Below the pieces are notes generated by a model that saw only the letters and a list, made by a program, of their open reading frames with translations, made no database searches and was not told where the DNA came from. Shown piece by piece: positions 19,291 to 30,495 of a stretch of DNA of 64,000 nt; the first letter of the stretch is position 1; each line of letters begins with the position of its first letter. The stretch spans positions 32,001-96,000 of the forward strand of contig JAAOZP010000014.1 of the NCBI GenBank assembly GCA_011605725.1. Direction: 5' to 3'. This DNA comes from Nitrososphaerota archaeon (GTDB lineage: Archaea; Thermoproteota; EX4484-205; JAAOZP01). A program made the position numbers and the translations under genes.

Positions 19291-19325
19291 CTCGCGATCT
19301 TGCAGATTATTTAAACCGGCTGAAC

Positions 19326-20036
<711 letters not shown>

Positions 20037-20067
20037 CTACTGTTTAAAAACTTAACCCTTTGAAAAA

Positions 20068-21846
20068 CTAGTAGTAATACTTCCCCTGAGCCCTTTGAAG
20101 CCTGTCTGTCTTAGAGTCTTTCTTATTTATCCTGGGACGAAAGTTTTCAGGCTCCCTTCTGAGGGTCACATCCAGATATTTGAGGAGACTGTTCATGCCT
20201 TCGGCGACATTCAATGGTTTAGAGGCGTATCCTTGGACGCCTGGTTCACCATGTATGAAGATTAGCCTGTCTGAAAGAAAATCCAAGGCAGCAATATCGT
20301 GTTCAACAACGAATGCTGAAGCCTTCTTAGTCATGACAGTATGGCGTATCGCACGTATAACGACAAGCCTCTGCTCAACATCCAAGTATGCGCACGGTTC
20401 ATCTAAGAAGTATATTGGAGAATCCTTTAAAAGGGCTATTGCGATCGCGAGTGCTTGAAGCTCGCCGCCGCTAAGGGTTTCAGCAAGCCTATCGTAAAGC
20501 CTATCAAGTTTAAGAGGCTTTATCAACTCGCTTTCAAGAACCTCAGGCACCTCTCCGCCGTAAGCCTCTTTCAAAAGGTCGCTTACAACCCCGTTAAACA
20601 GGCCTGAAACATACTGCGGCTTATAGCCTATCTTCCTAGCTAGGTCTCTGTCGGAAAGGGATTCGCCACCAGAGAAATACTTTAAAAGTTCTTTCAGCAT
20701 TGTTGTCTTACCTATCCCGTTTGGACCAGCTATGCCTATGACTTCCCCAACACCTATGAAGCCCTTCTCAGCCTTAAGGTTAAAACCTCCTAGTGAAACC
20801 TCTATAGACGGCCATTCAAACATTTTCAATGCTGGAGGCTCCTCCCCCGGGCTGTGAGCATGAAACATTATCTTCTCCTTTCTGAAGCGAATATTCTCCT
20901 GCCTTATGTATCCTTCTAAGTAAGAGTTTATTCCGACGCGCACGGAGAGGACTTGAGACACAATGCCGTAAACCGAGGGTTGCCCGTAGATTATGACAAG
21001 GTAATCGGCGAGATAGTCAAGCAGCGTGAGATCATGCTCCACAACAACAACTATCTTACCATCCTCCTTCAGAGAGCTTATTAGCTCAGCCACGTTGAGA
21101 CGCTGTTTCACGTCGAGAAAGCTTGAAGGCTCGTCGAACAAGTATACGTCACCCATTCTCATGAAGGCCGCTGCAACAGCCAGCCTCTGCAGTTCTCCGC
21201 CACTTAGGTTGCTAACCTTGTTGTCTAAAACGTTTTTCAAATCCAGTTTCTCCAAAACCTCGCTTAAAACTCCCTTCTCATCAACTTTTTCAAGCGTTTC
21301 CCTAACGCTTTTACCGCCGATAATCCTAGGAATATCGTCTAAGTATTGCGGCTTATAGATACACTTGACTCTCCCTTTGAAAATATCTTCAACCAGGTTG
21401 AATGAAGCATTACCCCTTAGGAACGATAGGATTTCATTCACACCCACCTCTTCACCAACCCTGCCCAGATTCGGTTTAACAAGACCGCTGATTATCTTAA
21501 GCACTGTCGACTTGCCTATGCCGTTTTCACCAAGAATACCTGTGACAGCACCCTTGGAGAGAACTGGAAAACCATAGAGCTTGAAAGCGTTAACACCATA
21601 CCTGTGGAAAACCTTCTTCTCAAGCTCGTCTGGAAGGTTTACGACCCATATGGCGTTGAAAGGACATTTCTTAACGCATATGCAGCACCCGCTGCACAAG
21701 TACTCGTTTATTACTGGAGGACTCTCGTCCTCAGCGAAGTATATTGCTTCCTGCCCTATCCTAACTATCGGGCAGTATTTCCTGCAGGGTTTTCCACACT
21801 TCGTGGGTTTGCAGGAGCCCCTGTCTACTACGGCTACTCTAACCAA
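20068..21846 (-). CDS. rli: Ribosome recycling factor ABCE1/RLI
   Basis: N-terminal Fe-S domain, two ABC domains, RPRINK..S..DR.Q tail. Confidence 0.96.
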   Translation of the reverse strand: MVRVAVVDRGSCKPTKCGKPCRKYCPIVRIGQEAIYFAEDESPPVINEYLCSGCCICVKKCPFNAIWVVNLPDELEKKVFHRYGVNAFKLYGFPVLSKGAVTGILGENGIGKSTVLKIISGLVKPNLGRVGEEVGVNEILSFLRGNASFNLVEDIFKGRVKCIYKPQYLDDIPRIIGGKSVRETLEKVDEKGVLSEVLEKLDLKNVLDNKVSNLSGGELQRLAVAAAFMRMGDVYLFDEPSSFLDVKQRLNVAELISSLKEDGKIVVVVEHDLTLLDYLADYLVIIYGQPSVYGIVSQVLSVRVGINSYLEGYIRQENIRFRKEKIMFHAHSPGEEPPALKMFEWPSIEVSLGGFNLKAEKGFIGVGEVIGIAGPNGIGKTTMLKELLKYFSGGESLSDRDLARKIGYKPQYVSGLFNGVVSDLLKEAYGGEVPEVLESELIKPLKLDRLYDRLAETLSGGELQALAIAIALLKDSPIYFLDEPCAYLDVEQRLVVIRAIRHTVMTKKASAFVVEHDIAALDFLSDRLIFIHGEPGVQGYASKPLNVAEGMNSLLKYLDVTLRREPENFRPRINKKDSKTDRLQRAQGKYYY

Positions 21847-21902
21847 TCCGTATCAACCCTGTAAAACTTTTAAAAACTATGTGAGAAAAAGCCTTGACTC
21901 GT

Positions 21903-22010
21903 CTACCATTCTTCCTCTAGTTCTTCCTCTTCCCAGTCTTCCTCCCAGTCTTCCTCCTCTTCCTCCCATTCTTCCTCTTCTTCTTCCTCCTCGTTAAAAT
22001 CCTCGCTCAT
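21903..22010 (-). CDS. 35-aa extremely acidic Glu/Trp microprotein
   Basis: MSEDFNEEEEEEEEWEEEEEDWEEDWEEEELEEEW*; TTTTATA about 30 nt upstream; mixed GAA/GAG codons. Confidence 0.7.
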   Translation of the reverse strand: MSEDFNEEEEEEEEWEEEEEDWEEDWEEEELEEEW

Positions 22011-22086
22011 TTTGGGTCGGATGAAGCTTTGAAAAGCAGTATAAAAACATATCCCCTGTTTAAAACCATAAGTATGCTCCCTAAAA

Positions 22087-22869
22087 CTATATTTCTTCTG
22101 CAGTCAGTGTTACTGTCGTCCTTTCCTCAATCCTTTCTATAACTCCGTCTCTAAGCCATGCTAGTCTATCAGACACGTCCACCATTTTAAGGTCGTGAGT
22201 AGCACATATCACCGTAGTGTCCCTTTCGACTTTAAGCCTGTAGAGCAGCTGAACTATTGAAAGCCCTGTTGAAAGGTCAAGGTTGCCCGTAGGCTCGTCT
22301 GCAAGAATTATAGAGGGATTGTTAGCTAACGCTCTCGCGATCGCAACCCTTTGCTGCTGTCCTCCGGAAAGCTCCTGCGGCCTGTGGTTGAGCCTATCCC
22401 CCAGGCCGACTAGGCTCAGAAGCTCAGCAGCCTTCTTACGCCTCTCCTCCTTGCTTATTCCGAGGAAGACCATTGGTAGTGCAACATTGTCTTGGGCTGA
22501 GAGAACCGGTATAAGGTTGAACGTTTGAAATATGTAGCCTATCTTCCTGCTCCTGACCCATGCGAGCTGCCGGTCGTTCATCTGCGCCAAGTTTATGCCG
22601 TCTATGGAGACGCTTCCGCTCGTAGGCTTGTCTAATCCGCCGATCATGTTGAACAGCGTTGTCTTGCCGCTTCCAGAGGGACCCATCACAACCACGTATT
22701 CTCCTCTCTTCACCTGTAGGTCGATTCCTTTTAAGGCCTTCACAACACCGCTTCTCAGGACATAGTTTTTAGTGACCTCTCTAACATCCACTACTATTTC
22801 CGGTGCCTGCAAGGCTGCTTCCTCTCTATGTAAAACTAGTATTTTAATCTTGCGAGCTTCCGGGTTCAA
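22087..22869 (-). CDS. ABC transporter ATP-binding protein, LolD/MacB type
   Basis: [25 protein letters not shown]. Confidence 0.93.
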   Translation of the reverse strand: MNPEARKIKILVLHREEAALQAPEIVVDVREVTKNYVLRSGVVKALKGIDLQVKRGEYVVVMGPSGSGKTTLFNMIGGLDKPTSGSVSIDGINLAQMNDRQLAWVRSRKIGYIFQTFNLIPVLSAQDNVALPMVFLGISKEERRKKAAELLSLVGLGDRLNHRPQELSGGQQQRVAIARALANNPSIILADEPTGNLDLSTGLSIVQLLYRLKVERDTTVICATHDLKMVDVSDRLAWLRDGVIERIEERTTVTLTAEEI

Positions 22870-22934
22870 CAGTTCATCCTCAGGAAATCGCCTTAAAACG
22901 TTTAGAAAAACCAGATAATAGGTCGAACCCGGTT

Positions 22935-23477
22935 TTAAACATACAGTAATGCTATTCTCTCCTTCACGAGCTCAAGCACGTCGGAATACTTTAAGGCTTC
23001 AACTTTAAAATCCTTGGAAAGCAGGCTTCTCCAGAAAGATGTAAACACCTGTTCATCATCCTTGAAAGGTTCAACAGTCAATCCTCTTTTCGAAAACTCC
23101 TCTTTCAAAGCAGCCACCGCCTCCTTTAAAACTGCAGCATCCTCTGAAATCACCAGTATGGCTGCCCGCTTTGAAACCGGGGCTCCGAGCGTGGACAACG
23201 CTTCTTGAAAGCTTCTCTTTCCGTAAAGCGCCACTAGAAGCTCCTGTTCAAAGCCCCTAAGCACGTTGTACCCGTGTTTAAAGGCCTGGTGAACATTGTA
23301 GGCTAGGAAAGGTATTAGCTCGCTCACTAGGCAAGCCGGGTTGAAAAACTGGATGAAAACCCTCCTGTTCTTCTTCAACTGTGTAGCTATGCTGACCCAT
23401 TCTTCCGGAAGTCTGTCAACCGATAGAAGCGTGAAGAACAGGCCTAGCGAGTCTATGCTTCGAACAGGTTCCAACAT
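22935..23477 (-). CDS. cgi121: KEOPS subunit Cgi121-like protein
   Basis: AF..G.N.....ELL..L.G.R....AL...G and ERIALL ending. Confidence 0.65.
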   Translation of the reverse strand: MLEPVRSIDSLGLFFTLLSVDRLPEEWVSIATQLKKNRRVFIQFFNPACLVSELIPFLAYNVHQAFKHGYNVLRGFEQELLVALYGKRSFQEALSTLGAPVSKRAAILVISEDAAVLKEAVAALKEEFSKRGLTVEPFKDDEQVFTSFWRSLLSKDFKVEALKYSDVLELVKERIALLYV

Positions 23478-23515
23478 GGTATTTAGCCAGGAAACTGGAT
23501 AAAAACATTTATTTT

Positions 23516-24133
23516 ATGGTGTTGAACGTTAAAGCTGGAATGGAGTTCGAAGTAATAAGCTGGGAGCATTTCTACCAGCTTACTCTGGAGCTTGTTGAGA
23601 AAGTTTTGAAATCCGGGTATATGCCGGATGTGATAATCGGGGTCTCAAGAGGCGGCTTAGTCCCGCTCAGGATTTTTTCAGACGAGTTTGAGAAAACGGA
23701 AATAGGCATAATAAGAGTTGCCTTCTACGAGGACGTTAAGAAAACAGGCCGTGAGCCGAGAATTCTGCAGGATGTTAATGTTGAAGTTTACGGGAAGAGA
23801 GTGCTGGTTGTCGACGATGTTGCAGATACTGGTAGAAGCCTAGAGATAGTTCGCAAGCATCTTGAAGGCAAGGGTGCGCGGGAGGTTAGGGTTGCAACCG
23901 TCTACTATAAGCCTTGGAGCTCTTTTAAGCCGGATTACTATGTTAAGAAAACCGAGAAATGGATTATTTTTCCTCATGAGATTGGAGAAACCGTGAGAAG
24001 CCTTGCTCAGAAGAACCTTAAAGAGGGCGGTAAGACCCTGGAGGAGTTCAGAGACATGCTGATAGACATTGGGCTGCCGCCGATGATCGTCGACAGCTAC
24101 TTGAAAAGACTGAACCGTCTTAAACATGATTGA
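23516..24133 (+). CDS. Purine phosphoribosyltransferase (type I PRT)
   Basis: SRGG, VLVVDDVADTG, WIIFPHE. Confidence 0.9.
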   Translation: MVLNVKAGMEFEVISWEHFYQLTLELVEKVLKSGYMPDVIIGVSRGGLVPLRIFSDEFEKTEIGIIRVAFYEDVKKTGREPRILQDVNVEVYGKRVLVVDDVADTGRSLEIVRKHLEGKGAREVRVATVYYKPWSSFKPDYYVKKTEKWIIFPHEIGETVRSLAQKNLKEGGKTLEEFRDMLIDIGLPPMIVDSYLKRLNRLKHD

Positions 24134-24258
24134 AACCTCAGTGAGGTGCATGATCTTCATAGAGGATTTTCTCTCAGAGCAGGTCAGTTCACATCATTCG
24201 ACTTATTTTGATGTTTAAGAACTATTTAAACCTGAAATCCCGTTGACACTTAGCGCAA

Positions 24259-24640
24259 CTAGTTCTTGCTCAGAATCTGTTCGAGGATTGTGGAGGAAAG
24301 ATTGTAAAGGAAATCACTTATCTCCACAGCCTCATCCTCTGAAAGCTGTATTTTTTCGACTTTTTCAAGAGCCTTATCATACAGGCTTCTAAGCCTATAC
24401 TCAATAGGGTTTGAAGCCTCCTCGTTTACATTAGTGTTTTCATACTTGCTCATAGGTGGGAAAAGCATTGTCACAAGCATTCTGCTGGAAAGAATCGACA
24501 TTCTCGCATATATGAGTTTCAAAGGCGGGGAGGCCTTCTTAGACTCCTTAAGATAGGCTTCGGCTTCTCTCAGGGCTCTCTTTAACCAGCCGTAGTCGAA
24601 ATCAGACAGGAAGATTGGGAAATCACTCTTCTCCAACCTC
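24259..24640 (-). CDS. Hypothetical helical protein (start uncertain)
   Basis: ORF overlapping the end of rps17e. Confidence 0.55.
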
Positions 24641-24853
24641 AACAACTTCCTCCTGCTGCCGTTTTCCAGCTTCCGAGGATTTAACCGACGTAATATATCC
24701 GGCAACCCTGTTCAGAAGCTTCTTAGACTGGAAAACCGCGACCTTCTTCAAAGCCTGCTTATTCGCATAATAATCGTTACTAAAGAGGTCACCATATTTA
24801 AGCAGCAGCATTCTCGCAACCCCCTTAACCCGGCTGTCGTAGATCTTTCCCAA
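24623..24853 (-). CDS. rps17e: 30S ribosomal protein S17e
   Basis: MGKI...VK..A..L...F..D...NK...SKKL.NRVAGYIT. Confidence 0.93.
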   Translation of the reverse strand: MGKIYDSRVKGVARMLLLKYGDLFSNDYYANKQALKKVAVFQSKKLLNRVAGYITSVKSSEAGKRQQEEVVEVGEE

Positions 24854-24951
24854 ACTCGGGCCAAGAAAAGAACCTTAGCCTAATAAATCTTGTCTCCGGG
24901 AAAAGCTTTTAAAAAGTCTTTTGAAAGAGGGAGTATCGAGGTGATACGAAA

Positions 24952-26550
24952 ATGGCATATGAACAGACTAGACCAGCAATAGTGCTTAAGGAAACAACCG
25001 TGAGAAGAAGCAAGGAAGAGGCTTATGAGAACAATATTGTAGCCTCACTTGTAATAGGCGAGGTCGTTAGAACCGCGTATGGTCCAAGAGGCTTAAACAA
25101 ACTCTTAGTAGGCACAGTCGGGGATATCACTGTGACCAAGACTGGAGTAACTATTCTCAGCGAAGCGAGTATTGAGCATCCTGTCGGCAAGATAATAATA
25201 GACGCGGCTAAGGCTCTTGAAAAGGAGATTGGGGACGGGACGACTTCACTCATACTTTTAACCTGCGACCTGGTTAGAAACGCATACAGCTTGTATAAGC
25301 AGGGAATAAGCCCGATTTCAATAGTCAGAGGGTATAATAAGGCTTTGTCCGAGGTTCTTGAAAAGCTTGAGAAAGATGCTAAACCAGTTGATCTTTCAGA
25401 CAGGGAGATGCTTAAGAGGATTGCTGAAACAGCGATCACCTTCTTTTCATCTCCGGAGGAGAGGAGACGTCTTGCCGAAATAGTCTTGGAAACTGCTGAA
25501 AGAATTGTTGAGAAAAGAGATGGCGGATATTACGCGGACATAGACTGGGTGAGCATAGTTAGGAAGCGTGGGCGCGAGATTTTAGACTCTAGACTCATAA
25601 ACGGCGTTATAGTTGATAAGGAAGTCGTCCATCCGAACATGAGTAAAACGGTTAAAAATGCTAAGATTGCTCTGGTAGACTACGCTCTAGAGGTTAAGAA
25701 GACTGAAATATCGACTGAAATAGAGGTTAAGACCACTGAAGAACTCCGAGGATTCATCAGGGAAGAAGAGGAGATTATAAGGGAAAAAGTTGACAGGATA
25801 GTTAAGTCTGGAGCAAACGTTGTTTTCTGCCAGAAGGGTATAGATGAGCTGGCTCAGCAATACCTGTATAAGAACGGCATCACAGCGGTGAGACGGGTTA
25901 AAAGATCCGATATGGAGAGGCTTGAGCGAGCAACCTACGGTAAGATTGTTTCAGACCCTGAGGATATTTCTGAAGACAAGCTTGGCAGGGCAGACATTGT
26001 TAAGGAGGAGGTTTTCGAAAACGAGAAAATAGTCTTCGTGGAAGGCTGCCGAGAGCCCAAGGCTGTGTCAATACTTTTGAGAAGCGTGAACGAGGATCTT
26101 TTAAAAGAGTATGAGAGAGAGTTTAAACACGCGCTCTCAGCAGTTCTCAGCCTATACAAGGATTCAAGATGCGTCGTCGGCGGAGGTGCGGAGCTACTTG
26201 AGATAGGGCGTGCGTTGAGAAGAAGCGCGGAGAACCAGTCTGAAGAGGATAAACTGATATACGAGGCTTTCGCCGACAGCGTGGAATCGCTTGTAAGAAC
26301 CCTCGCTGCTAACGTCGGCATGAAGCCCTTGACAACAATGTCGCTGCTTAGCAGTAAGCATTCTAAAGATGGTGCAGGATACGGGATAGACGCTATAAGC
26401 AGGGAGGTGGCGGACCTGAATGGAAAAGTGGTTGACCCGTATCTCGTAGTTAAAAACTGGATGGTTTCAGCTGTGGAGCTGGCTACGACGATAATAGGTG
26501 TCGACGAAGTAATATTGACAGTGAAACCCAAGACGGAGGAGAAAAGCTAA
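24952..26550 (+). CDS. Divergent group II chaperonin (thermosome) subunit
   Basis: YGPRG, GDGTTS, CQKGIDE, AVRRVKRSD. Confidence 0.92.
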   Translation: MAYEQTRPAIVLKETTVRRSKEEAYENNIVASLVIGEVVRTAYGPRGLNKLLVGTVGDITVTKTGVTILSEASIEHPVGKIIIDAAKALEKEIGDGTTSLILLTCDLVRNAYSLYKQGISPISIVRGYNKALSEVLEKLEKDAKPVDLSDREMLKRIAETAITFFSSPEERRRLAEIVLETAERIVEKRDGGYYADIDWVSIVRKRGREILDSRLINGVIVDKEVVHPNMSKTVKNAKIALVDYALEVKKTEISTEIEVKTTEELRGFIREEEEIIREKVDRIVKSGANVVFCQKGIDELAQQYLYKNGITAVRRVKRSDMERLERATYGKIVSDPEDISEDKLGRADIVKEEVFENEKIVFVEGCREPKAVSILLRSVNEDLLKEYEREFKHALSAVLSLYKDSRCVVGGGAELLEIGRALRRSAENQSEEDKLIYEAFADSVESLVRTLAANVGMKPLTTMSLLSSKHSKDGAGYGIDAISREVADLNGKVVDPYLVVKNWMVSAVELATTIIGVDEVILTVKPKTEEKS

Positions 26551-26625
26551 GTCTCTAAGCACGCTTCTTTTTCAACGCTTCATAAGATTCAGCCCAGTTT
26601 GAAACATTCTGCCATACTCTTTTTT

Positions 26626-27777
26626 TCAACGTTTCCTCCTTATCCATGGAATGAGAAGCGTTGCGGAAGCTATTGACAGGGTTGAAGAGAGCGCGAACAT
26701 GGCCTGTAAACCTTGATAATCCGAAACCATTCCGCCCAAGTAGGGGCCGAAGGACATCCCCATTTGAAGCGAAAGATTGTAAAAGCCAGCGTAAAGCCCT
26801 GTTCTCCTACTTCCCCCAAGGCTTGAACTGATTGACATTCCTGAAACGGTGAACAACGCATAGAGTATGCCTCGAACACTCTGAATAATCAGGTAGCTGT
26901 AAAGATTCTTAACGGTCCCATAGATCCAGTAAACCATGCCTAAGCCTGCTTCACCTAAGATTAGGACTGTGATTCCTCCAACCCGGTCGGAGAGCCATCC
27001 GCCAAAATACATGGCGGGAACCTCGAGGAGGGCGCCTAACGCGATTACTACACCTATGAAAAAGGGATCGCTGCCCAGCTGAGATAGTGAAATGGTTAGG
27101 AACGAGGATGTTGCTCCCATACTTATTCCCGACGTTAAAATGCTTGCCGTGAAGCAGACAGCAAGTTTAACAGACGAGTTTCTTTTCTCCAGAATATTCT
27201 CGTGTAGGCTCCTCCTATCGCTCTCAACCATGGGCAGGAACAGGCTTGCTAGGAAAGACATGATGGTGAACACTAGTGCGACTGGAAAAATGTTCCACAA
27301 GTGGTCTCTGGCAAATAAACCCGTAAGAATGCAGGCGGCTGCCCAGCCCATGGATCCAAAAAGTCTGTATCTTCCCATTGAAACACCGAGCCGACTGTTC
27401 CCAGAAAGATCGGCAACCATTGATTGAGCGAGCGGCATGAACCCGGCTATGAACAAGCTTGCGACAAAATACCATACTGACATGCTGACAACGTCAGTCG
27501 ACAGCAGTAGAATCAGACACGCTAAACTCCTAACGAGAAGAGACGTTGAGATAATGGCTTTCCTGTTACGATACTTATCGGCAATAGCGCCGAAGACTGG
27601 TTGAAGTAGAGAGGAAAGAAGACTGGTTATAGTCATGAGCAGGCCAATGGAGGCATAGGATAATCCTTGAGATCTTAAGTAGACGCCGAACAAAAGAGTG
27701 AAGGGTGCGAATGAAGCCCATACGAGCCCGCCAGTTACGGATATCGTTAACAATGCGCGGTCCGATTCCGGTTTCAA
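26626..27777 (-). CDS. MFS transporter
   Basis: About 12 hydrophobic segments; G.IADKY and GWLSDRVG motifs. Confidence 0.9.
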   Translation of the reverse strand: MKPESDRALLTISVTGGLVWASFAPFTLLFGVYLRSQGLSYASIGLLMTITSLLSSLLQPVFGAIADKYRNRKAIISTSLLVRSLACLILLLSTDVVSMSVWYFVASLFIAGFMPLAQSMVADLSGNSRLGVSMGRYRLFGSMGWAAACILTGLFARDHLWNIFPVALVFTIMSFLASLFLPMVESDRRSLHENILEKRNSSVKLAVCFTASILTSGISMGATSSFLTISLSQLGSDPFFIGVVIALGALLEVPAMYFGGWLSDRVGGITVLILGEAGLGMVYWIYGTVKNLYSYLIIQSVRGILYALFTVSGMSISSSLGGSRRTGLYAGFYNLSLQMGMSFGPYLGGMVSDYQGLQAMFALSSTLSIASATLLIPWIRRKR

Positions 27778-27949
27778 CGTTTCGCATCCTTATTTCCAAA
27801 TGTATTTGAGCTTTACTAATCCGCCATGTATAAAAATGTGTGCAAACATGTTAGTGCAGGCTGCCCAGCATATTTGCTTAAATTCTTGAAGCGTAAAAAA
27901 TATATTGTGAGAAGGGGCAAATGCGGGTTTAATTGCGAGAATAGCAAGA

Positions 27950-28706
27950 GTGAAGTTCTCCAAGTTTATACCTGAAATCGATGTCACTGATCAAAGGTCT
28001 TGGGTTTGGAGGGATGGTTTTCAAGTATCTGAGGTTTTTATGCCCCTATGGCAGTTGCTTACAAATGGAAACATTCTGGTTCAGGCTTCTAGCAAGGGTC
28101 TTCACGACTACCTTGATTTTGATGGAAGGATACTGCTTTCCACAGTTATGCCTGACGAGCTTATTGACAGGCTTGAAACCAAGAATTACTTCAGGCTGAT
28201 CAACGACTTGAAGCCGGATGCCACGATGATTCCTGACAACTACACCTATACCGATGTCCCACTCTATCAGTCCTGGTCCCAAACCATACGCCTCGTCTCG
28301 TTCGCGAACGATTTCCTTAAGCTTGACACTCCTTTGATAGGCCTGGTTAAAGGTGCTAACCTGCGTCAGATGGATTGGACCATAAGGAAGCAGGTTGAAA
28401 TGAACTATGCTTCCTTCGCAATACCAGCTAGAGAATTGTTCGAGGAGGAGAGGCTTGACGAATTCTTACCATATATCCTGTCGACTTTAAAGAGAAACTT
28501 GAGTAAGAACGGTTTCGAGTTTCTTCTCTACGGCGTTGATGCGAGACTCTAGGAGTATAAGGATATAAGCTATAGTAATCTTTCCTGGTTCCTGAGGGCG
28601 AAGCACGGGGAATACTACTGGGATGAGTTGTTCTACGACCTCAGAGACCCCATGATAAGGTTCGAGGAGTGTTATTGTGAAGCATGTGAGGGTATGATGC
28701 GCGCGC
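27950..28706 (+). pseudogene. tRNA-guanine transglycosylase-fold (TGT/DpdA-like) gene with in-frame TAG at 28550, truncated after the zinc motif
   Basis: Frame continues past TAG into SNLSW...AKHG...CYCEAC. Confidence 0.55.
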
Positions 28707-28709
28707 TAA

Positions 28710-29045
28710 GTTCCCCGAGAACACCTACATGCAAATGGGAAAAGAGCGTATGTGAAAGGTTTCTTTTCTGGGGATGGAAGTGCCTATCTGATTCATGGAG
28801 AAAGACTCTTCATACGATTTCGCTCAAAATGTGAAGAAGGGCTGGAGGGTTTACGTCAAATCCTTATGGACTTGGGTTTTCATCCTGGAAAAATTGGAAA
28901 AGATGTAGAGTCTGATACTATAACTTATCGGTTCACTATTCCAAGCAGAGAGCATGAAAGGTTTATAGATGAAATAGGAAGTTTTAAGCCTGAGCATATA
29001 AGAGTATTTGAGGAGTATAGAAGATTAAAGGGTGAGAAGGGGTGA
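28710..29045 (+). pseudogene. LAGLIDADG homing endonuclease-like domain fragment
   Basis: AYVKGFFSGDGS motif, L..LGF and F...IG. Confidence 0.7.
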
Positions 29046-29184
29046 AAGGGGCTAGGGTCTGGGGATGGGGTGATGACCTAGAATTAGCTGGGGAGAATGC
29101 TCAGATGATATAAACAAACGCTGGAAAAGTACGACGGAAGAATGTTCCATTGCGATAGATGGTAGAAACCGTAGCAAAGATATA

Positions 29185-29538
29185 TTGTTTAAAATCATCG
29201 TGTACATAAACGAACCTGGGGGCGTAGAGAGCTTAGTCAACGATCTCTTCGATGCTGTATTAACCGGAGATAAGGGGAACAAGATATACTTCGTCACAGT
29301 TAACTTATATGATCATGTAGCTTCAAACAAGAGGACATATAGAAACGACCTATCATTTGTGAAGGAAGCCCATGAGAAGCAGAAACTAATTCTTATACAG
29401 AAATTTAAGAAGCATCCGGAAGTCGAGCCGTTGTTGAAAGAGGGAAGAACCTTAGAGGTGTTCTCGCCAATCGCGGTATATTGCGAACTGGAATCAGAAC
29501 GCTTCAATAAGGTAATAATGTGGATGAAAAAACTATGA
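29185..29538 (+). CDS. Hypothetical protein or gene remnant
   Basis: 117-aa ORF; the frame extends upstream without a clear start. Confidence 0.45.
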   Translation: MFKIIVYINEPGGVESLVNDLFDAVLTGDKGNKIYFVTVNLYDHVASNKRTYRNDLSFVKEAHEKQKLILIQKFKKHPEVEPLLKEGRTLEVFSPIAVYCELESERFNKVIMWMKKL

Positions 29539-29722
29539 TCTAGATCCTCTTCTAGACCTATGCACGTTTTTGCCAACAAGTTGATTGAACTCAAGATCGC
29601 TACCCGTATTCTAGGGTATGAGCTGGGTGGCAATATCGAGGAGCTGGCGATCGAAGATTTAGATGTAACAGAAAAAGAGGTTTACCTGTGGTTAGCTTAG
29701 AATAAAAGCTTTAAGACATTAA

Positions 29723-29797
29723 TGCTCCGAGCGGGATTTGAACCCGCGCCCCGAGCTCGAGAGGCTCGTATGCTTGACCGGGCTACACCATCGGAGC
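29723..29797 (-). tRNA. tRNA-Glu(CUC)
   Basis: GCTCCGA acceptor stem; CGAGC-CTCTCGA-GCTCG anticodon arm. Confidence 0.95.
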
Positions 29798-29895
29798 TGG
29801 AAAACATTCTTCAGAGGGGGAGTTAAATCTTTTGCTGTTTAAAAAATATTCTGGGGCCGTTGAACTTTTTATAACCCGTATGCTCAGCTTAAGCT

Positions 29896-30495
29896 GTGAA
29901 GAGCAGAGTAATAGTGGTGACCGGTACTCCTGGAACTGGCAAGACCTCCTTGTGCAGATATATTGTCAACAGGAATAAAGACTGGATTCACCTGGATCTA
30001 GGCAGGTTCGCGGCTGAGGCTAACGCGATCACTGGTTATGATTATTCTTTGGAAACCGGTATTGTTGACATGAGCATTTTGAAAAAGGCTCTGCGCAAGC
30101 ATGTTTCAAACAGCGTCGAAGAGGGTGTTCGCCTCCTGATAGATGGTCATTACGCGGCGGAGGTTTCTCCGGCAGAGTACGTTAACTACTGTCTTGTCCT
30201 AAGATGTAGACCAGATGTTCTCTGGCGCAGGCTCCGCAGCGTCAAGGGGTATGGCGAGGAGAAGGCTAGGAGGAACGTTGAATCCGAGATTACGGACTAC
30301 TGCTATCTGATGGCGAAGCTACATTTTAAACGGAAGAGAATCGTACAGCTGGACACGACCGGTGTTAGTGTTGGAAAAACCTACATCCGGTTTATGGAGT
30401 GTTATAGAGAAGGCTTTAGGTGTAAGGGGGATGTGGTTGACTGGGTTGACTTCCTTCTAAGGAACCCTGGGAAAATGAGCTTTCTTTTTCGTTAA
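29896..30495 (+). CDS. Adenylate kinase, Fap7/AK6 type
   Basis: TGTPGTGKT, IDGH, LRC.P..L..RL. Confidence 0.88.
   Translation: MKSRVIVVTGTPGTGKTSLCRYIVNRNKDWIHLDLGRFAAEANAITGYDYSLETGIVDMSILKKALRKHVSNSVEEGVRLLIDGHYAAEVSPAEYVNYCLVLRCRPDVLWRRLRSVKGYGEEKARRNVESEITDYCYLMAKLHFKRKRIVQLDTTGVSVGKTYIRFMECYREGFRCKGDVVDWVDFLLRNPGKMSFLFR

Noticed and set aside
21903-21995. Purine/pyrimidine tract as a microsatellite or CRISPR-like repeat
   Set aside because: Better explained as Glu-rich coding sequence; no repeat-spacer periodicity was seen anywhere in the window
26600-29722. Intact provirus or integrative element at tRNA-Glu
   Set aside because: No integrase, structural genes or duplicated tRNA 3' end seen
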